Below are positions 9,864 through 20,236 of a stretch of 54,327 nt of DNA, one piece after another. This DNA is from an uncultured Clostridia bacterium (GTDB taxonomy: Bacteria > Bacillota > Clostridia > Christensenellales > Borkfalkiaceae): NCBI GenBank assembly GCA_934247855.1, contig CAKQKA010000001.1:1-54327 (forward strand), given 5' to 3'. The translations under genes were made by a program, and so were the position numbers. Each line of letters begins with the position of its first letter. Positions within the stretch are counted from its first letter, which is position 1. The notes beneath the pieces are model-generated. The model was not told the origin of the DNA. It made no database searches and saw only the letters and a program-made list of their open reading frames with translations.

Positions 9864-12632
9864 ATGAAACCGCTTAAACTTACGATGTCGGCGTTCGGAC
9901 CTTATGCCGCGGAAACCACGATAGATTTTTCAAAATTCGGAGAATCGGGCGTGTATCTTATAACGGGCGATACGGGCGCGGGCAAAACCACGATTTTCGA
10001 CGCGATAACGTACGCGCTATACGGCGAACCCAGCGGCGAAACGCGCGGAACGGCGACTTTGCGTTCTAAATATGCCGCGCTCGGGACTCCTACTTTTGTC
10101 GAACTTGAATTTTCTTACGGCGGTAAAATTTACTGCGTGAAGAGAAATCCCGAGTATGAAAGGCAAAGCAATCGCGGCGGCGGAACGACAGTGCAGAAGC
10201 CCGACGCCGAACTTTTCATGCCCGACGGGCGCGTTATAACAAAAATCAAAGATGTAAACGCCGCATTAGAGGGCGTGCTTTCGGTTGATCGCAATCAGTT
10301 CAAGCAAATTGCGATGATTGCGCAAGGCGACTTTTTGAAATTGCTGCTTGCCGAAACCAAAGAGCGAATTGTTATTTTTCAAAAAATATTCAAGACTGAT
10401 AAGTTTGCAAAACTGCAAAAGGCGATTGCCGACGACGCGCGCTCGCTTAAATATTCCTACGAAGAAACAGGCAACAGCATAAGACAATACATAAACGACG
10501 TTATTTACGACGAAACGTCTGTGTATGCCGCGGATATGGCTAAGGCAAGGCGCGGTGAAATGCCCGTGCCCGAGGCGATGGACTTAATCGCTGCACTTGT
10601 AAAAAACGACGAAGTTTCGGAAAAAAGAACCGATGTCGAATTTAATGAAAACGATAAGCAAATTTTAAAAATAACAAATGAGCTTAGCGAATATCGGGCG
10701 TTGAAGTCTGCAAAAGATACAATCGAAAGGGCGAAAATCGAATTGCCCGTGAAGATTGAATTGCAAAATAAGAGCGAAGCCGAGTTGAAAGCCGCACTCG
10801 AAAGGCAAACAGAGTTTGCAAAACTTGCCGACGAAATAGCCGAAATCAACGCAAGGTTGCCCGAGTACGGCGAACTTACGCAAAAACGAGCCTCGCTTAT
10901 TTCGGTTAATAGAATAGCGGGTGAAAAAACACAGCTAATCGAACAAAAAAAACTCGACTGCGACGCTGCCGCCGAAGCGTTAAAAACGATCAAGGCACGG
11001 CAGGCGGAACTTGAAAACGTTGCCGCCGATAAAGAAAAGGCGGATAACGAGTATAAAAATCTGGTGGCGGACTACAAAAAAGCCGAGGCATTGGGAAATG
11101 ATTATGCCGTGTACGTCGGAGACCTTGCAAAACTTGGCGAGGCTCAGGCGATTTATGTGCGCTTGTCCGAACGGGCGAACCTCGCGCGGGAAAAATACAA
11201 TACTGCAAACAAGTTATTTCTGGACGAGCAGGCGGGTATAATTGCCGAAAGCCTTGAAGAGGGCGAACCTTGCCCCGTTTGCGGCTCGAAAAATCATCCG
11301 CACCCGGCGGTTAAAGCGCAAAACGCGCCGACGGCTAAGGAACTTGAATTGTTGAAAAATAGTGCCGACGAGGCGGAAAAGAAAGCGCGCGAGCAAAGCG
11401 AAACCGCGGGCAGGATTAAAGCCGCGCTTGAAGAACGTAAAAAAGGATTGCAATCCCGCGCGGAAGAATTGTTCGAAGTGTGCGATTTGACGAACCTGAG
11501 CGAATTGTTCGGCGCGCGCAAAGAAAGCGATAAAAACGCGATACTCGATTTGCGCGGAAAAATACAAAAACTAGCCGCGCTTACGGAAGAAAAGAAATCG
11601 CTCGGCGATAAATACGATAAAACCGAGAAAAAGATAAAAGAAATCGAAGAAGAGAAAGCCGGACTGCAAGCCGAAATCGCAGCTAAAACGGCTGAAGCCA
11701 AAAGTTACGACGAACGCATACGCGCGCTCGAGGGCAAGCTGAAATTTTCTACCGAAAAAGAAGCCACAGATAAACGAAACGAGCTGGCGGCGGCAAAGAC
11801 TGCGATAGAAACGGCTATAGAAAACGCACGCAAGGCATACGAAGAATGCAAGAAAGCAGTCGATGAATTAAAAACGCAGCGCGATTTTGCCGCAAAGCAG
11901 CTTGAGAACGCGTGTGATATAGATATCGCTGCCCGTGAAGCCGAACTTAAAGAATGTGAGGCAAAAAAAGAAAAACTGCTCGCCCGGCAAAAAACGGTGC
12001 ATGCACGGCTTGTGAAAAACGATACCGCGCTTACAAATATCGGCGCGGCATACGAAAAAGTCAGGGCGGTGAGCGAAAAAATTACATGGCTCGGTTCGCT
12101 TGCCGATACGGCTAACGGCGGTATTAACGGCAAGGAAAAAATTATGCTCGAAACCTATGTGCAGATGAGCTATTTCGATCGCATAATCGCCCGCGCGAAT
12201 ACGCGTTTTCTTATGATGTCGGGAGGACAGTACGAGCTTAAACGCCGTACCGAATCCGACGTCGGCAACCGTCAATTCGGCTTGGATCTCGACGTTATCG
12301 ATCATTACAATTCAAGCGAAAGATCTGTAAACTCGCTTTCGGGCGGGGAGTCGTTTATTGCCTCGCTCTCGCTTGCGCTCGGGTTGTCGGATGAAATTCA
12401 GTCAACCGCGGGCGGCATAAAACTCGATTCTATGTTTGTTGACGAAGGTTTCGGTACGCTCGACGAGGACGTTTTAAGCAAGGCGATGAACGCTTTGGCG
12501 GGACTGACCGAGGGTAACCGAACGGTGGGTATTATATCGCACGTTAACGAATTGAAAGAGCGTATCGATAAACAAATTATCGTAAGCAAAGATAAAACCG
12601 GCGGCAGTAAAGTTAAATTAGTTACCGAATAA
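9864..12632 (+). CDS. sbcC: exonuclease SbcC (Rad50-like ATPase)
   Basis: Walker A GDTGAGKTTIFDAI, long coiled coil with Zn hook CPVCGS, C-terminal LSGGE signature and DEGFGTLD. Confidence 0.9.
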   Translation: MKPLKLTMSAFGPYAAETTIDFSKFGESGVYLITGDTGAGKTTIFDAITYALYGEPSGETRGTATLRSKYAALGTPTFVELEFSYGGKIYCVKRNPEYERQSNRGGGTTVQKPDAELFMPDGRVITKIKDVNAALEGVLSVDRNQFKQIAMIAQGDFLKLLLAETKERIVIFQKIFKTDKFAKLQKAIADDARSLKYSYEETGNSIRQYINDVIYDETSVYAADMAKARRGEMPVPEAMDLIAALVKNDEVSEKRTDVEFNENDKQILKITNELSEYRALKSAKDTIERAKIELPVKIELQNKSEAELKAALERQTEFAKLADEIAEINARLPEYGELTQKRASLISVNRIAGEKTQLIEQKKLDCDAAAEALKTIKARQAELENVAADKEKADNEYKNLVADYKKAEALGNDYAVYVGDLAKLGEAQAIYVRLSERANLAREKYNTANKLFLDEQAGIIAESLEEGEPCPVCGSKNHPHPAVKAQNAPTAKELELLKNSADEAEKKAREQSETAGRIKAALEERKKGLQSRAEELFEVCDLTNLSELFGARKESDKNAILDLRGKIQKLAALTEEKKSLGDKYDKTEKKIKEIEEEKAGLQAEIAAKTAEAKSYDERIRALEGKLKFSTEKEATDKRNELAAAKTAIETAIENARKAYEECKKAVDELKTQRDFAAKQLENACDIDIAAREAELKECEAKKEKLLARQKTVHARLVKNDTALTNIGAAYEKVRAVSEKITWLGSLADTANGGINGKEKIMLETYVQMSYFDRIIARANTRFLMMSGGQYELKRRTESDVGNRQFGLDLDVIDHYNSSERSVNSLSGGESFIASLSLALGLSDEIQSTAGGIKLDSMFVDEGFGTLDEDVLSKAMNALAGLTEGNRTVGIISHVNELKERIDKQIIVSKDKTGGSKVKLVTE

Positions 12633-12634
12633 CT

Positions 12635-13333
12635 ATGCATTATTTTGTTTCTGATATTCACGGCGAATACGAGTTGTTTTTGCATTTGCTTGACAAAATC
12701 GGGTTTTCGGACGGCGATACGATGTATATTCTCGGTGACCTTATAGATAAGGGCGAACGGTCGGTAGAACTTATCGATTTTGTTCGCTGCGAACCGGGGT
12801 TTGTGCCCGTTTACGGCAATCACGAGTATTCGTTTATCAAATATTATCACGGTCTTATGCGTTCTTGTTCGAGCGAGAACGATGCGGAAAATGTGCTTTT
12901 AAAATTGCGTAAATATTTTCAGAACGGCGAAAAACTCTCATGGCACTCGGTAGATTATCTGGAAAGTTTACCGTTCTATATCGAATTCGGCGATTATATT
13001 TGCGTGCATGCGGGCGTTGCGGTCGACGGTGACGGTTTGATTTTGCCGCTTAACAGTCAGCTGCGCGAAACGCTCGTTTACGACCGCAATTTTAAAGATG
13101 ACGGTTTTGTTTTATCCGAAAATAACAAAACCGTGCTTTTCGGGCATACGCCGTGTTCGTATGCAAACGGAACGGGCGAGTTTATAAAAACGCCGAAAGC
13201 GGGAATTGTAAGTCCCGAAAAACTTTCCGATTACTCCAAAATCCGCCTTGATTGCGGCGTGTTTATTACCGGAAAACTCGGTGCGTTGTGCTTGGAAGAT
13301 ATGCGCGAGTTTTACGTTGAAAAGCACGACTAA
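12635..13333 (+). CDS. metallophosphoesterase (Ser/Thr phosphatase family)
   Basis: DIHGEY, GDLIDKG and GNHE motifs; 232 aa. Confidence 0.8.
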   Translation: MHYFVSDIHGEYELFLHLLDKIGFSDGDTMYILGDLIDKGERSVELIDFVRCEPGFVPVYGNHEYSFIKYYHGLMRSCSSENDAENVLLKLRKYFQNGEKLSWHSVDYLESLPFYIEFGDYICVHAGVAVDGDGLILPLNSQLRETLVYDRNFKDDGFVLSENNKTVLFGHTPCSYANGTGEFIKTPKAGIVSPEKLSDYSKIRLDCGVFITGKLGALCLEDMREFYVEKHD

Positions 13334-13350
13334 AATATATCGAATGTGTT

Positions 13351-13367
13351 GATAATCTACCTATAGG
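13351..13367 (-). repeat. dispersed intergenic motif, copy 2
   Basis: + strand reads GATAATCTACCTATAGG, 18 nt after the stop at 13333, followed by CATACTTTT. Confidence 0.8.
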
Positions 13368-13421
13368 CATACTTTTATGTGTTCTTGGTTGTGTTTTTAG
13401 ATTATTTGTACTTAAATAGTA

Positions 13422-13438
13422 GATAATCGACTTATAGA
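13422..13438 (-). repeat. dispersed intergenic motif, copy 3
   Basis: + strand reads GATAATCGACTTATAGA followed by CGGACTTTTT; 71 nt from copy 2, same orientation. Confidence 0.85.
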
Positions 13439-13581
13439 CGGACTTTTTGATAAAATCGGTGTTTAAAACACAGCCGGTTGAACGCAAAATAATGAAACAT
13501 TGTTTTTTGCGGGCGTGTGTTTGTATCTATATTACACTACAAAATAATTTAACAATAACGCGCGCGGGTGCGTTATAAAAC

Positions 13582-13610
13582 TTGAAAACGGGCGCGGGTT
13601 GTGTTACAAT
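13582..13610 (+). promoter_or_regulatory. sigma-A-type promoter of dnaE
   Basis: TTGAAA, 17-nt GC-rich spacer ACGGGCGCGGGTTGTGT, TACAAT. Resembles the promoters at 97 and 33196. Confidence 0.5.
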
Positions 13611-13646
13611 GACAATACGGCGATACGCGCTTTGGGAGATTGCTTG

Positions 13647-16600
13647 ATGAAAGATTTCGTTCATTTACATTTACATACCGAATACAGCTTGCTGGACGGA
13701 GCAGCCAAGACGGACAAAGTTTTTGAACTTGCCAAAGAACTCGGACAAAATACGGTAGCCATTACCGACCACGGCAACATGTACGGAGTGGTCTATTTTG
13801 CCGAGCACGCGGCAAAGCTCGGAATGAAAGCTATTATCGGTTGCGAAATGTATATGTGCGACGATATGTATAAAAAAGGCGCGGACAACCGCGAGTACGA
13901 GCATCTTATACTGCTTTGTAAAAACGACACGGGTTATAAAAACCTTATTAAAATGGTTTCGATGGCTTTTATCGACGGCTTCTATCGCAAACCGCGCTGC
14001 GACTATAAAACGCTTGCCGAAAAGCACGAAGGGCTTATTTGTTTGTCGGCATGCCTTGCGGGGCGTATTCCGCAATATTTGCTTAACGGCAGGTACGACG
14101 ACGCGAAAGAGCATGCGCTTTGGATGAAGAGTATTTTCGGCGACGATTACTATCTGGAAATTCAGGATCACGGTATTCCCGAGCAGCGGCAAATCAATCC
14201 GTTGTTGTTCAGACTGTCCAAGGAAACGGGCATAAAACTCGTGGCGACCAACGACGTGCATTATCTTCGCAAAGAGGACGCGCTGATGCAGGAAATTATG
14301 ATGTGCATCAATACGCAGACTACACTCGACGATCCCAAGCACATGAAGTTCGAGACCGAAGAGTTTTATCTTAAAAGTCGCGAAGAGATGGAAAAAATGT
14401 TCGGCGATACCCCCGAGGTGCTTGACGTTACCGTGGAAATTGCCGAAAAGTGCTCGGGTGACTGCATAAAGCTCAACAAGAAATGCGAGCCTGTAAGAGA
14501 TGCGTCGCTTGTCCCCGGGTACATACCGCCCAACGGAATGACCGCTTACGAGTATTTGAAAATGCTCGGCGAGAACGGTCTGAAACAAAAATATAAAGAA
14601 ATTACTCCCGAAATACGCGAAAGATTCGATTACGAGCTTGATACCATAAGCAGCATGGGCTACCTCGAATATTATCTTATCGTGTGGGATTATATAAACT
14701 ACGCACGCGAGCACGGTATACCCGTCGGCGCGGGGCGTGGCAGCGGCGTTAGTTCTATCGTCGCTTATTCGATAGGCATTACCAACGTTGAACCATTGCA
14801 GTATAACCTCATTTTCGAGCGTTTTCTTAACAAAGAAAGGGTTAGTATGCCGGACTTTGACGTAGACTTCGATCCCGAACGCCGCGAAGAGGTTATAGAA
14901 TACGTCCGCGATAAATATGGCAGAGATAAAGTTGCGCAGATCGTAACGTTCGGTACGATGGCGTCGCGCGCGGCGATTAAGGACGTTGCCCGCGTTATGA
15001 GGGTTTCTTATGCCGAGGTCGATAAGATAACCAAACTTATGGACGGCAAGCATACCATTCCCGAACTGCTCGGTTTGAAAATGAGTAAAAAGGACGGCGA
15101 CGTTACCGTTCGTGAACTTAAAGAACTTTACGAAACGGACGATACCACGCACAGAGTCGTCGATATGGCGATGAAGCTCGAGGGCATGCCGAGGAATATT
15201 TCGGAACATGCCGCGGGCGTTATCATCTGCAATAAGGTGCTGTCCGATAACGTTCCGCTTGCCCGAAACGGCGACGATATAATAACGCAGTTCAACATGA
15301 AAGTCGATGAGCAGATGGGCATGCTGAAAATGGACTTTTTGGCACTCAAAACGCTTACCGATATCAAAAAATGCTGCGATTATATTCTTGAGGACACGGG
15401 CGTAACGATAGACTTCGGAGAAATAGGTTACGAGGATAAGGCGGCTTACGATCTTTTGTCGAGCGGGGATACCGACGCGGTGTTCCAGCTTGAATCTCCC
15501 GGTATGAAAAAATTCATGCGCGAACTTAAGCCGGAGAATCTCGAAGACGTAATAGCCGGTATATCGCTTTTCCGTCCCGGTCCTATGGACTCCATTCCTA
15601 AATATATTCAGTTTAAAAACAATCCCGAAACCATGACTTTCAAGCACGAACTTTTGCGCCCGATTCTTACGGTAACGCACGGCGTTATCATTTATCAGGA
15701 ACAGGTTATGGAAATAGTTCGTAAACTTGCGGGCTTTACGTTCGGTCAGGCGGATATTATCAGACGTGCCATGGGTAAAAAGAACATGGAAGAAATGGCG
15801 CGTATGAAAAGTATATTCATAAACGGCGAAAAGGATGAAAACGGCAACGTTAAGACCGAAGGCGCGATAGCGCGCGGAGTTCCCGCCGAGGTTGCCGACG
15901 ATATTTTCGAGGAAATGACCAGTTTCGCACAGTACGCGTTCAACAAGTCGCACGCCGCGGCGTACGCCGTTATAGCGTATCAGACCGCATACTTAAAACA
16001 CTATTATCCGCAGGAATTTCTTGCGGCAATCCTTAACGACCGTATTGACAAGATCGATGAAATTACCAAATACGTAATCTACCTTAAGGAGCGCGGAATA
16101 CCCGTTTTGCAACCCGATATCAACCACTCGAAAGCGTATTTTTCGGTTGAGGGCAAGGGTGTCCGGTTCGGCTTAGTAGGCGTAAAGGGCGTGGGTTTAG
16201 GCGCAATAGAAACCATTGTGGAAGAGCGCGTAAATGGCGGCGAGTTCAAATCGTTCGAGGACTTTATGTCTCGCGCGAACGTAAAAGTGCTTAATAAACG
16301 ACTTATAGAGAACCTTATTTATGCGGGTGCGTTCGATTGTTTTAACATCGCAAGAAGCAGACTTATCGCCGTGTACGACGGACTTATGGACAGGGCGGTC
16401 GCAATCGCCAAGGAACGCGACAGCAATCAACTCAGTCTTTTCAGCGGCGCGCTTTCGACATATAACGAGCTGACGGTTAAATATCCCGAACTTGCCGAGT
16501 ATGACGACAAGACAAGGTTATCGAAAGAGCGCGAGGTGCTCGGCGTTTACGTTACGGGACATCCGCTCACCAAATATATGGATAGCTTTGCGGGCTGTTC

Positions 16601-17204
16601 GTTTACCACCGAACTTTTGCAATATTACGAAGAGGACGAAGACGGCGTTCGCACTTATACCGAAATCAAGGACGGGCAGCGCGTCGAAATGGGCGGCATC
16701 ATTACAGCCGCTTCCAAAAAAATCACCAAGAGCGGGCAAAGTATGGGCATGATTACCCTTGAAGACGTGTACGGCGGTGTGGAATGTGTGTTCTTCCCCA
16801 AAGTGTACGACAGGGTAAAGTCGGTAATTCGCGCCGAGGCGATCGTTAAAATAGAGGGCAAACTGCAAATCCGCGAGGGGCAAAAGCCGTCTATTTCGGT
16901 CGATAAAATCAAAGAGGTAGAACTTGACGAAGGAACACCGGTGGCGGATCGTCCGCGGGAAAACATATCTTCGGCACCCGTCGGCAAGCAGGAATGGTTG
17001 GGAATTACCATACCCGAAGATAAAGAGGAATTCGAGCGCGATATTTTAGAAACGCTCGATCTTTATCCCGGTAATATTCAAGTTGTAATCAAGAAAGGAG
17101 GCAAGTATTACAAGTCGCGCTGCAAGGTAAGGAACTGCCGCGGGCTTGTGTCGGAACTTGTTTATTTTGTAGGCGAAGAAAATATATTGTTTTTTGAAAA
17201 GTAA
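13647..17204 (+). CDS. dnaE: DNA polymerase III alpha subunit
   Basis: MKDFVHLHLHTEYSLLDG PHP domain; polymerase core and OB fold over ~1185 aa. ATG at 13647 has a GGGAG RBS. Confidence 0.95.
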   Translation: MKDFVHLHLHTEYSLLDGAAKTDKVFELAKELGQNTVAITDHGNMYGVVYFAEHAAKLGMKAIIGCEMYMCDDMYKKGADNREYEHLILLCKNDTGYKNLIKMVSMAFIDGFYRKPRCDYKTLAEKHEGLICLSACLAGRIPQYLLNGRYDDAKEHALWMKSIFGDDYYLEIQDHGIPEQRQINPLLFRLSKETGIKLVATNDVHYLRKEDALMQEIMMCINTQTTLDDPKHMKFETEEFYLKSREEMEKMFGDTPEVLDVTVEIAEKCSGDCIKLNKKCEPVRDASLVPGYIPPNGMTAYEYLKMLGENGLKQKYKEITPEIRERFDYELDTISSMGYLEYYLIVWDYINYAREHGIPVGAGRGSGVSSIVAYSIGITNVEPLQYNLIFERFLNKERVSMPDFDVDFDPERREEVIEYVRDKYGRDKVAQIVTFGTMASRAAIKDVARVMRVSYAEVDKITKLMDGKHTIPELLGLKMSKKDGDVTVRELKELYETDDTTHRVVDMAMKLEGMPRNISEHAAGVIICNKVLSDNVPLARNGDDIITQFNMKVDEQMGMLKMDFLALKTLTDIKKCCDYILEDTGVTIDFGEIGYEDKAAYDLLSSGDTDAVFQLESPGMKKFMRELKPENLEDVIAGISLFRPGPMDSIPKYIQFKNNPETMTFKHELLRPILTVTHGVIIYQEQVMEIVRKLAGFTFGQADIIRRAMGKKNMEEMARMKSIFINGEKDENGNVKTEGAIARGVPAEVADDIFEEMTSFAQYAFNKSHAAAYAVIAYQTAYLKHYYPQEFLAAILNDRIDKIDEITKYVIYLKERGIPVLQPDINHSKAYFSVEGKGVRFGLVGVKGVGLGAIETIVEERVNGGEFKSFEDFMSRANVKVLNKRLIENLIYAGAFDCFNIARSRLIAVYDGLMDRAVAIAKERDSNQLSLFSGALSTYNELTVKYPELAEYDDKTRLSKEREVLGVYVTGHPLTKYMDSFAGCSFTTELLQYYEEDEDGVRTYTEIKDGQRVEMGGIITAASKKITKSGQSMGMITLEDVYGGVECVFFPKVYDRVKSVIRAEAIVKIEGKLQIREGQKPSISVDKIKEVELDEGTPVADRPRENISSAPVGKQEWLGITIPEDKEEFERDILETLDLYPGNIQVVIKKGGKYYKSRCKVRNCRGLVSELVYFVGEENILFFEK

Positions 17205-17205
17205 G

Positions 17206-17224
17206 CCTATATGTTGATTATCGG
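17206..17224 (+). repeat. dispersed intergenic motif, copy 4
   Basis: CCTATATGTTGATTATCGG starts 2 nt after the dnaE stop; two mismatches to consensus; followed by CAGTTTTG. Confidence 0.7.
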
Positions 17225-17273
17225 CAGTTTTGTTGAAAATTGCGTTAAAAGGTATAAAAACATAAAAAGTAAG

Positions 17274-17291
17274 GCTATAAGTCGATTATCG
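17274..17291 (+). repeat. dispersed intergenic motif, copy 5
   Basis: GCTATAAGTCGATTATCG followed by CGGGTTTTG; 68 nt from copy 4, same orientation. Confidence 0.85.
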
Positions 17292-17372
17292 CGGGTTTTG
17301 TATTAAAACTTTTTGCAGTAAGGCAAGTGACAATCGGCGAAAGGCCGATACCGTATATGGTAAGGTGAAAAA

Positions 17373-18341
17373 ATGAAAAAAAAAGTAAGTGTAGTCGTGC
17401 CTTGTTATAACGAGGAAGCCACGGTGGAAACTTTTTATTCGGCAAGCGTGCCCGTGCTTGAAAAAAGCGGGTACGATTTCGAGATTGTTTACGTCAACGA
17501 CGGAAGCGCGGATGCTACGGCGCAGAAGCTGAAAATTCTTGCCGAAAAGGACGAACGAGTAAAAGTTGCGTCGTTCAGCCGAAACTTCGGTCAGCAAGCG
17601 GCGATAATCTGCGGGTTTACTCTCGCTTCGGGCGACGCGGTTATTGAGGCGGACTGCGATCTTCAGGATCCGCCCGAATTGTTTTTAAAACTCATCGAAA
17701 AGTGGGAAGAGGGTTACGAAGTGGTGCACGGCAGGCGTTCAAAGCGCCGCGGCGAGTCTTTTTTTAAAAAAGCAACCGCTTCGATGTACTATTCTTTCCT
17801 CTCAAAAATCACCGAAGTGCCCGTGCCGCGCAACACGGGCGATTTCAAGCTGTACGATCGCAAAGCTCTCGATGCGCTTTTAAAAATGCCAGAACGCGAT
17901 AAATATATTCGCGGATTGGCGTCATGGGTTGGTTTTAAGCAGACTTTTGTTGACTATGACCGCCCCGAGCGCGTTGCGGGCGAAACCAAATATACGCTCG
18001 GCAAAATGATAAAACTTGCCAAGGCCGGCATTTTGTCGAACAGCGATTTTCCGCTTAAACTGTCGCTGTCGTTCGGCTTATTTACCGCTTTCGGCTCGTT
18101 TGTTTGCTTTTTGGTGTTCATAATTCTAAGCATCTGCGACGTATGGTTGCCGACCGTTGCGTGGTTGTTCCCGACGGTAACGCTGCTGTTTTCGTTCGGC
18201 TATATTTTCAATGCGTTCAGCAATATGTATATCGCAAGGGCGTACAGAGAGATTAAGGGCAGACCGGATTATATTATCGACTACACGATTAACGTAGAAA
18301 AAAAAGACGGAGAGGAAATATCTGTATCGTCGCGTGAATAA
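17373..18341 (+). CDS. family 2 glycosyltransferase (GtrB / polyprenyl-phosphate glycosyltransferase-like)
   Basis: VSVVVPCYNEE and DCDLQDPPE motifs, two C-terminal TM helices; 322 aa. Confidence 0.8.
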   Translation: MKKKVSVVVPCYNEEATVETFYSASVPVLEKSGYDFEIVYVNDGSADATAQKLKILAEKDERVKVASFSRNFGQQAAIICGFTLASGDAVIEADCDLQDPPELFLKLIEKWEEGYEVVHGRRSKRRGESFFKKATASMYYSFLSKITEVPVPRNTGDFKLYDRKALDALLKMPERDKYIRGLASWVGFKQTFVDYDRPERVAGETKYTLGKMIKLAKAGILSNSDFPLKLSLSFGLFTAFGSFVCFLVFIILSICDVWLPTVAWLFPTVTLLFSFGYIFNAFSNMYIARAYREIKGRPDYIIDYTINVEKKDGEEISVSSRE

Positions 18342-18390
18342 CCGCAGGACAAGAATTTATAATCTTCGACATAACGTTTTGTGAAAAAAT

Positions 18391-18449
18391 AAACAACCGT
18401 TGTTTTGCATCGGTAATAAGCCGATTATTTGCAAAAACGGTTGTTTTTT
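18391..18449 (+). terminator. long-loop hairpin terminator after the GT2 gene
   Basis: AAACAACCGTT (18391-18401) pairs with AACGGTTGTTT (18436-18446), then TTT. Preceded by an A-run, so possibly bidirectional. Confidence 0.6.
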
Positions 18450-18495
18450 ATATAACATTATATATTACAGATATTTTGCGCCTTTGTTAAAAAAC

Positions 18496-18524
18496 TTGAA
18501 ATATGATCGACAAAGTGATATAAT
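18496..18524 (+). promoter_or_regulatory. orphan consensus promoter facing the 3' end of the minus-strand ttcA-like gene
   Basis: TTGAAA, 17-nt spacer, TATAAT. No credible + strand ORF downstream. Small hairpin CGGCTGCGCAAAGCCG plus TTTT at ~18544-18563. Confidence 0.45.
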
Positions 18525-18581
18525 ACTACTCATAAAATTGCGGTCGGCTGCGCAAAGCCGTTTTAAACGGATGAAACCCGA

Positions 18582-19346
18582 TTATTCGTCGGTTTTCGGC
18601 TGCTTTTTACGTTTTATGTGTTTCATTTCGGGCGGCAGGTTGTTGCGTTCGGGATGCGTAATCGCGCTGTGAACTCGATCTTTAACAAAGGGAATTTCTT
18701 CCTGAATACTGCGCAAAAGTTCCTTTACGTATTGGCGTTTGGTATGCTTGTCCGCAGGGCAGGGGTTTTTAAGAATTGGTTTGTCCTTCATAAAAGCGAT
18801 GATGTTTTTCTCTTCGATGAAGATCATCGGGCGTATTACCGAAATTTCCGTGCGTGAAAGAAAGGTTATCGGCTGAAAAGTAGATAGCCTGCCTTCGTAA
18901 AACAGCGAAAGCAAAAACGTTTCGGAAAGGTCGTCCGCGTGGTGACCGAGCGCGAGTTTATTGCAGCCGTTTGCAAGCGCAATGGTGTTCAGCGCGCCGC
19001 GGCGGAGCTTTGAGCATAGGCTGCAAGGGTTGGATTCTTTGCGGATATCGAAAAGAATTTCGCCGATCTGAGTTTTTTCCACGATGAACTGCACGTCGTT
19101 TTTTTCGCACTCGCGGCGCAGTCCTTCGATCTTGCTCTGATCGGTTTCTTTAAATCCCATATCTATGGTTATGGCTATAACGTCAAACTTTTTGGGGTAA
19201 AATTTTCTCAATGCGGAAAAGAGATATACTAAAAGCAGACTGTCTTTACCGCCTGAAAGCCCGATTGCTATTTTGTCGCCATCGTCGATCATGCCGTATT
19301 CGTCTATCGCGCGGCGAAAGGGTGAAAGTAATTGTTGTAAAGTCAT
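18582..19346 (-). CDS. ttcA: PP-loop ATPase, tRNA 2-thiocytidine synthase TtcA-like
   Basis: SGGKDS PP-loop, CSLCSKLRRG and C-terminal CP motif. ATG at 19346 (MTLQQLL); the track ORF starts earlier on TTG. Confidence 0.8.
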   Translation of the reverse strand: MTLQQLLSPFRRAIDEYGMIDDGDKIAIGLSGGKDSLLLVYLFSALRKFYPKKFDVIAITIDMGFKETDQSKIEGLRRECEKNDVQFIVEKTQIGEILFDIRKESNPCSLCSKLRRGALNTIALANGCNKLALGHHADDLSETFLLSLFYEGRLSTFQPITFLSRTEISVIRPMIFIEEKNIIAFMKDKPILKNPCPADKHTKRQYVKELLRSIQEEIPFVKDRVHSAITHPERNNLPPEMKHIKRKKQPKTDE

Positions 19347-19576
19347 AAAACCTCGTCTGTAAGGCAAAACATACGCAAAGTAAGTGCAAAGGCAAAGTTT
19401 TCGCGCATGCCGCTAAGGGAATAAAATCGCTTACTATTATATATATTATTGTTGTAAAATTCAATCGAAAACAGCGTGTCGGTCGGTAATTTTTGTGTTT
19501 TTTACGATGTAAAACGGATGTAAATCAGATTGAATTCCGGCTTTGCAATCATTAACCGCCGCTTAAAGGACTTGAT

Positions 19577-20236
19577 ATGGTCGATAATTTAGTAAAATTT
19601 CTTTTCGGAATATTAAAAAACGATTACTTGACGGTGCTGTTCGTTTCAATGTTCCCGCTTGTGGAATTAAAAGGGGCGATACCCGTCGGGCAAGCCGCCG
19701 GTTTGCCGCTTATCCGTACGGCGTGTTTGTCGTATATCGGCTCGTCTCTCATATGTATACCGCTGTTTTTCTTGCTTATACCCGTTTTTAACTTGCTTAA
19801 AAAGATAAAATTCATTAGGAGATTTGTTGAAAAAGTTGAGGGGATGCTGTACGGCAAAGCCAAAAAATTTGCCGAAAAAGCGCAAAAGGGCAAAATAGGA
19901 GCGGAACTTAGCGAAGAAGAAAAAAATGCAAAAGCAAATCGGCTCATCTTCTGGGCGCTGTTTGCGTTTGTTGCAATACCGTTGCCGCTTACGGGCGTGT
20001 GGACGGGCACGGCGATCGCGGTGTTTCTGAACATGAAATTCAAAGATGCGTTTCTTGCGCTCGTCGGCGGTAATTTTATTTCGGGTTCGCTCGTAACGCT
20101 GTTTACTTTCATTTTTAAAGAATACGTCGATATGGTTATTCTTGCGTTGGGCATTATTGCCGTTATAATGCTTGTGATCGCTATCGTAAAAATCGCAAGA
20201 GCGCCGCAAAAAACCGAGGAGGACGACCGTGGATAA
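19577..20236 (+). CDS. small multidrug export-like membrane protein (COG2426 family)
   Basis: 219 aa, multi-TM, with the MFPLVELKGAIPVG motif. Confidence 0.6.
   Translation: MVDNLVKFLFGILKNDYLTVLFVSMFPLVELKGAIPVGQAAGLPLIRTACLSYIGSSLICIPLFFLLIPVFNLLKKIKFIRRFVEKVEGMLYGKAKKFAEKAQKGKIGAELSEEEKNAKANRLIFWALFAFVAIPLPLTGVWTGTAIAVFLNMKFKDAFLALVGGNFISGSLVTLFTFIFKEYVDMVILALGIIAVIMLVIAIVKIARAPQKTEEDDRG

Noticed and set aside
13351-13438. Paired motif copies ~70 nt apart (also 17206-17291 and 33019-33104) as mini CRISPR-like arrays.
   Set aside because: There are only two units per locus, one pair is inverted, the repeat is ~18 nt, the 'spacers' share sequence (ACTTTTTATGT), and no cas genes are present.
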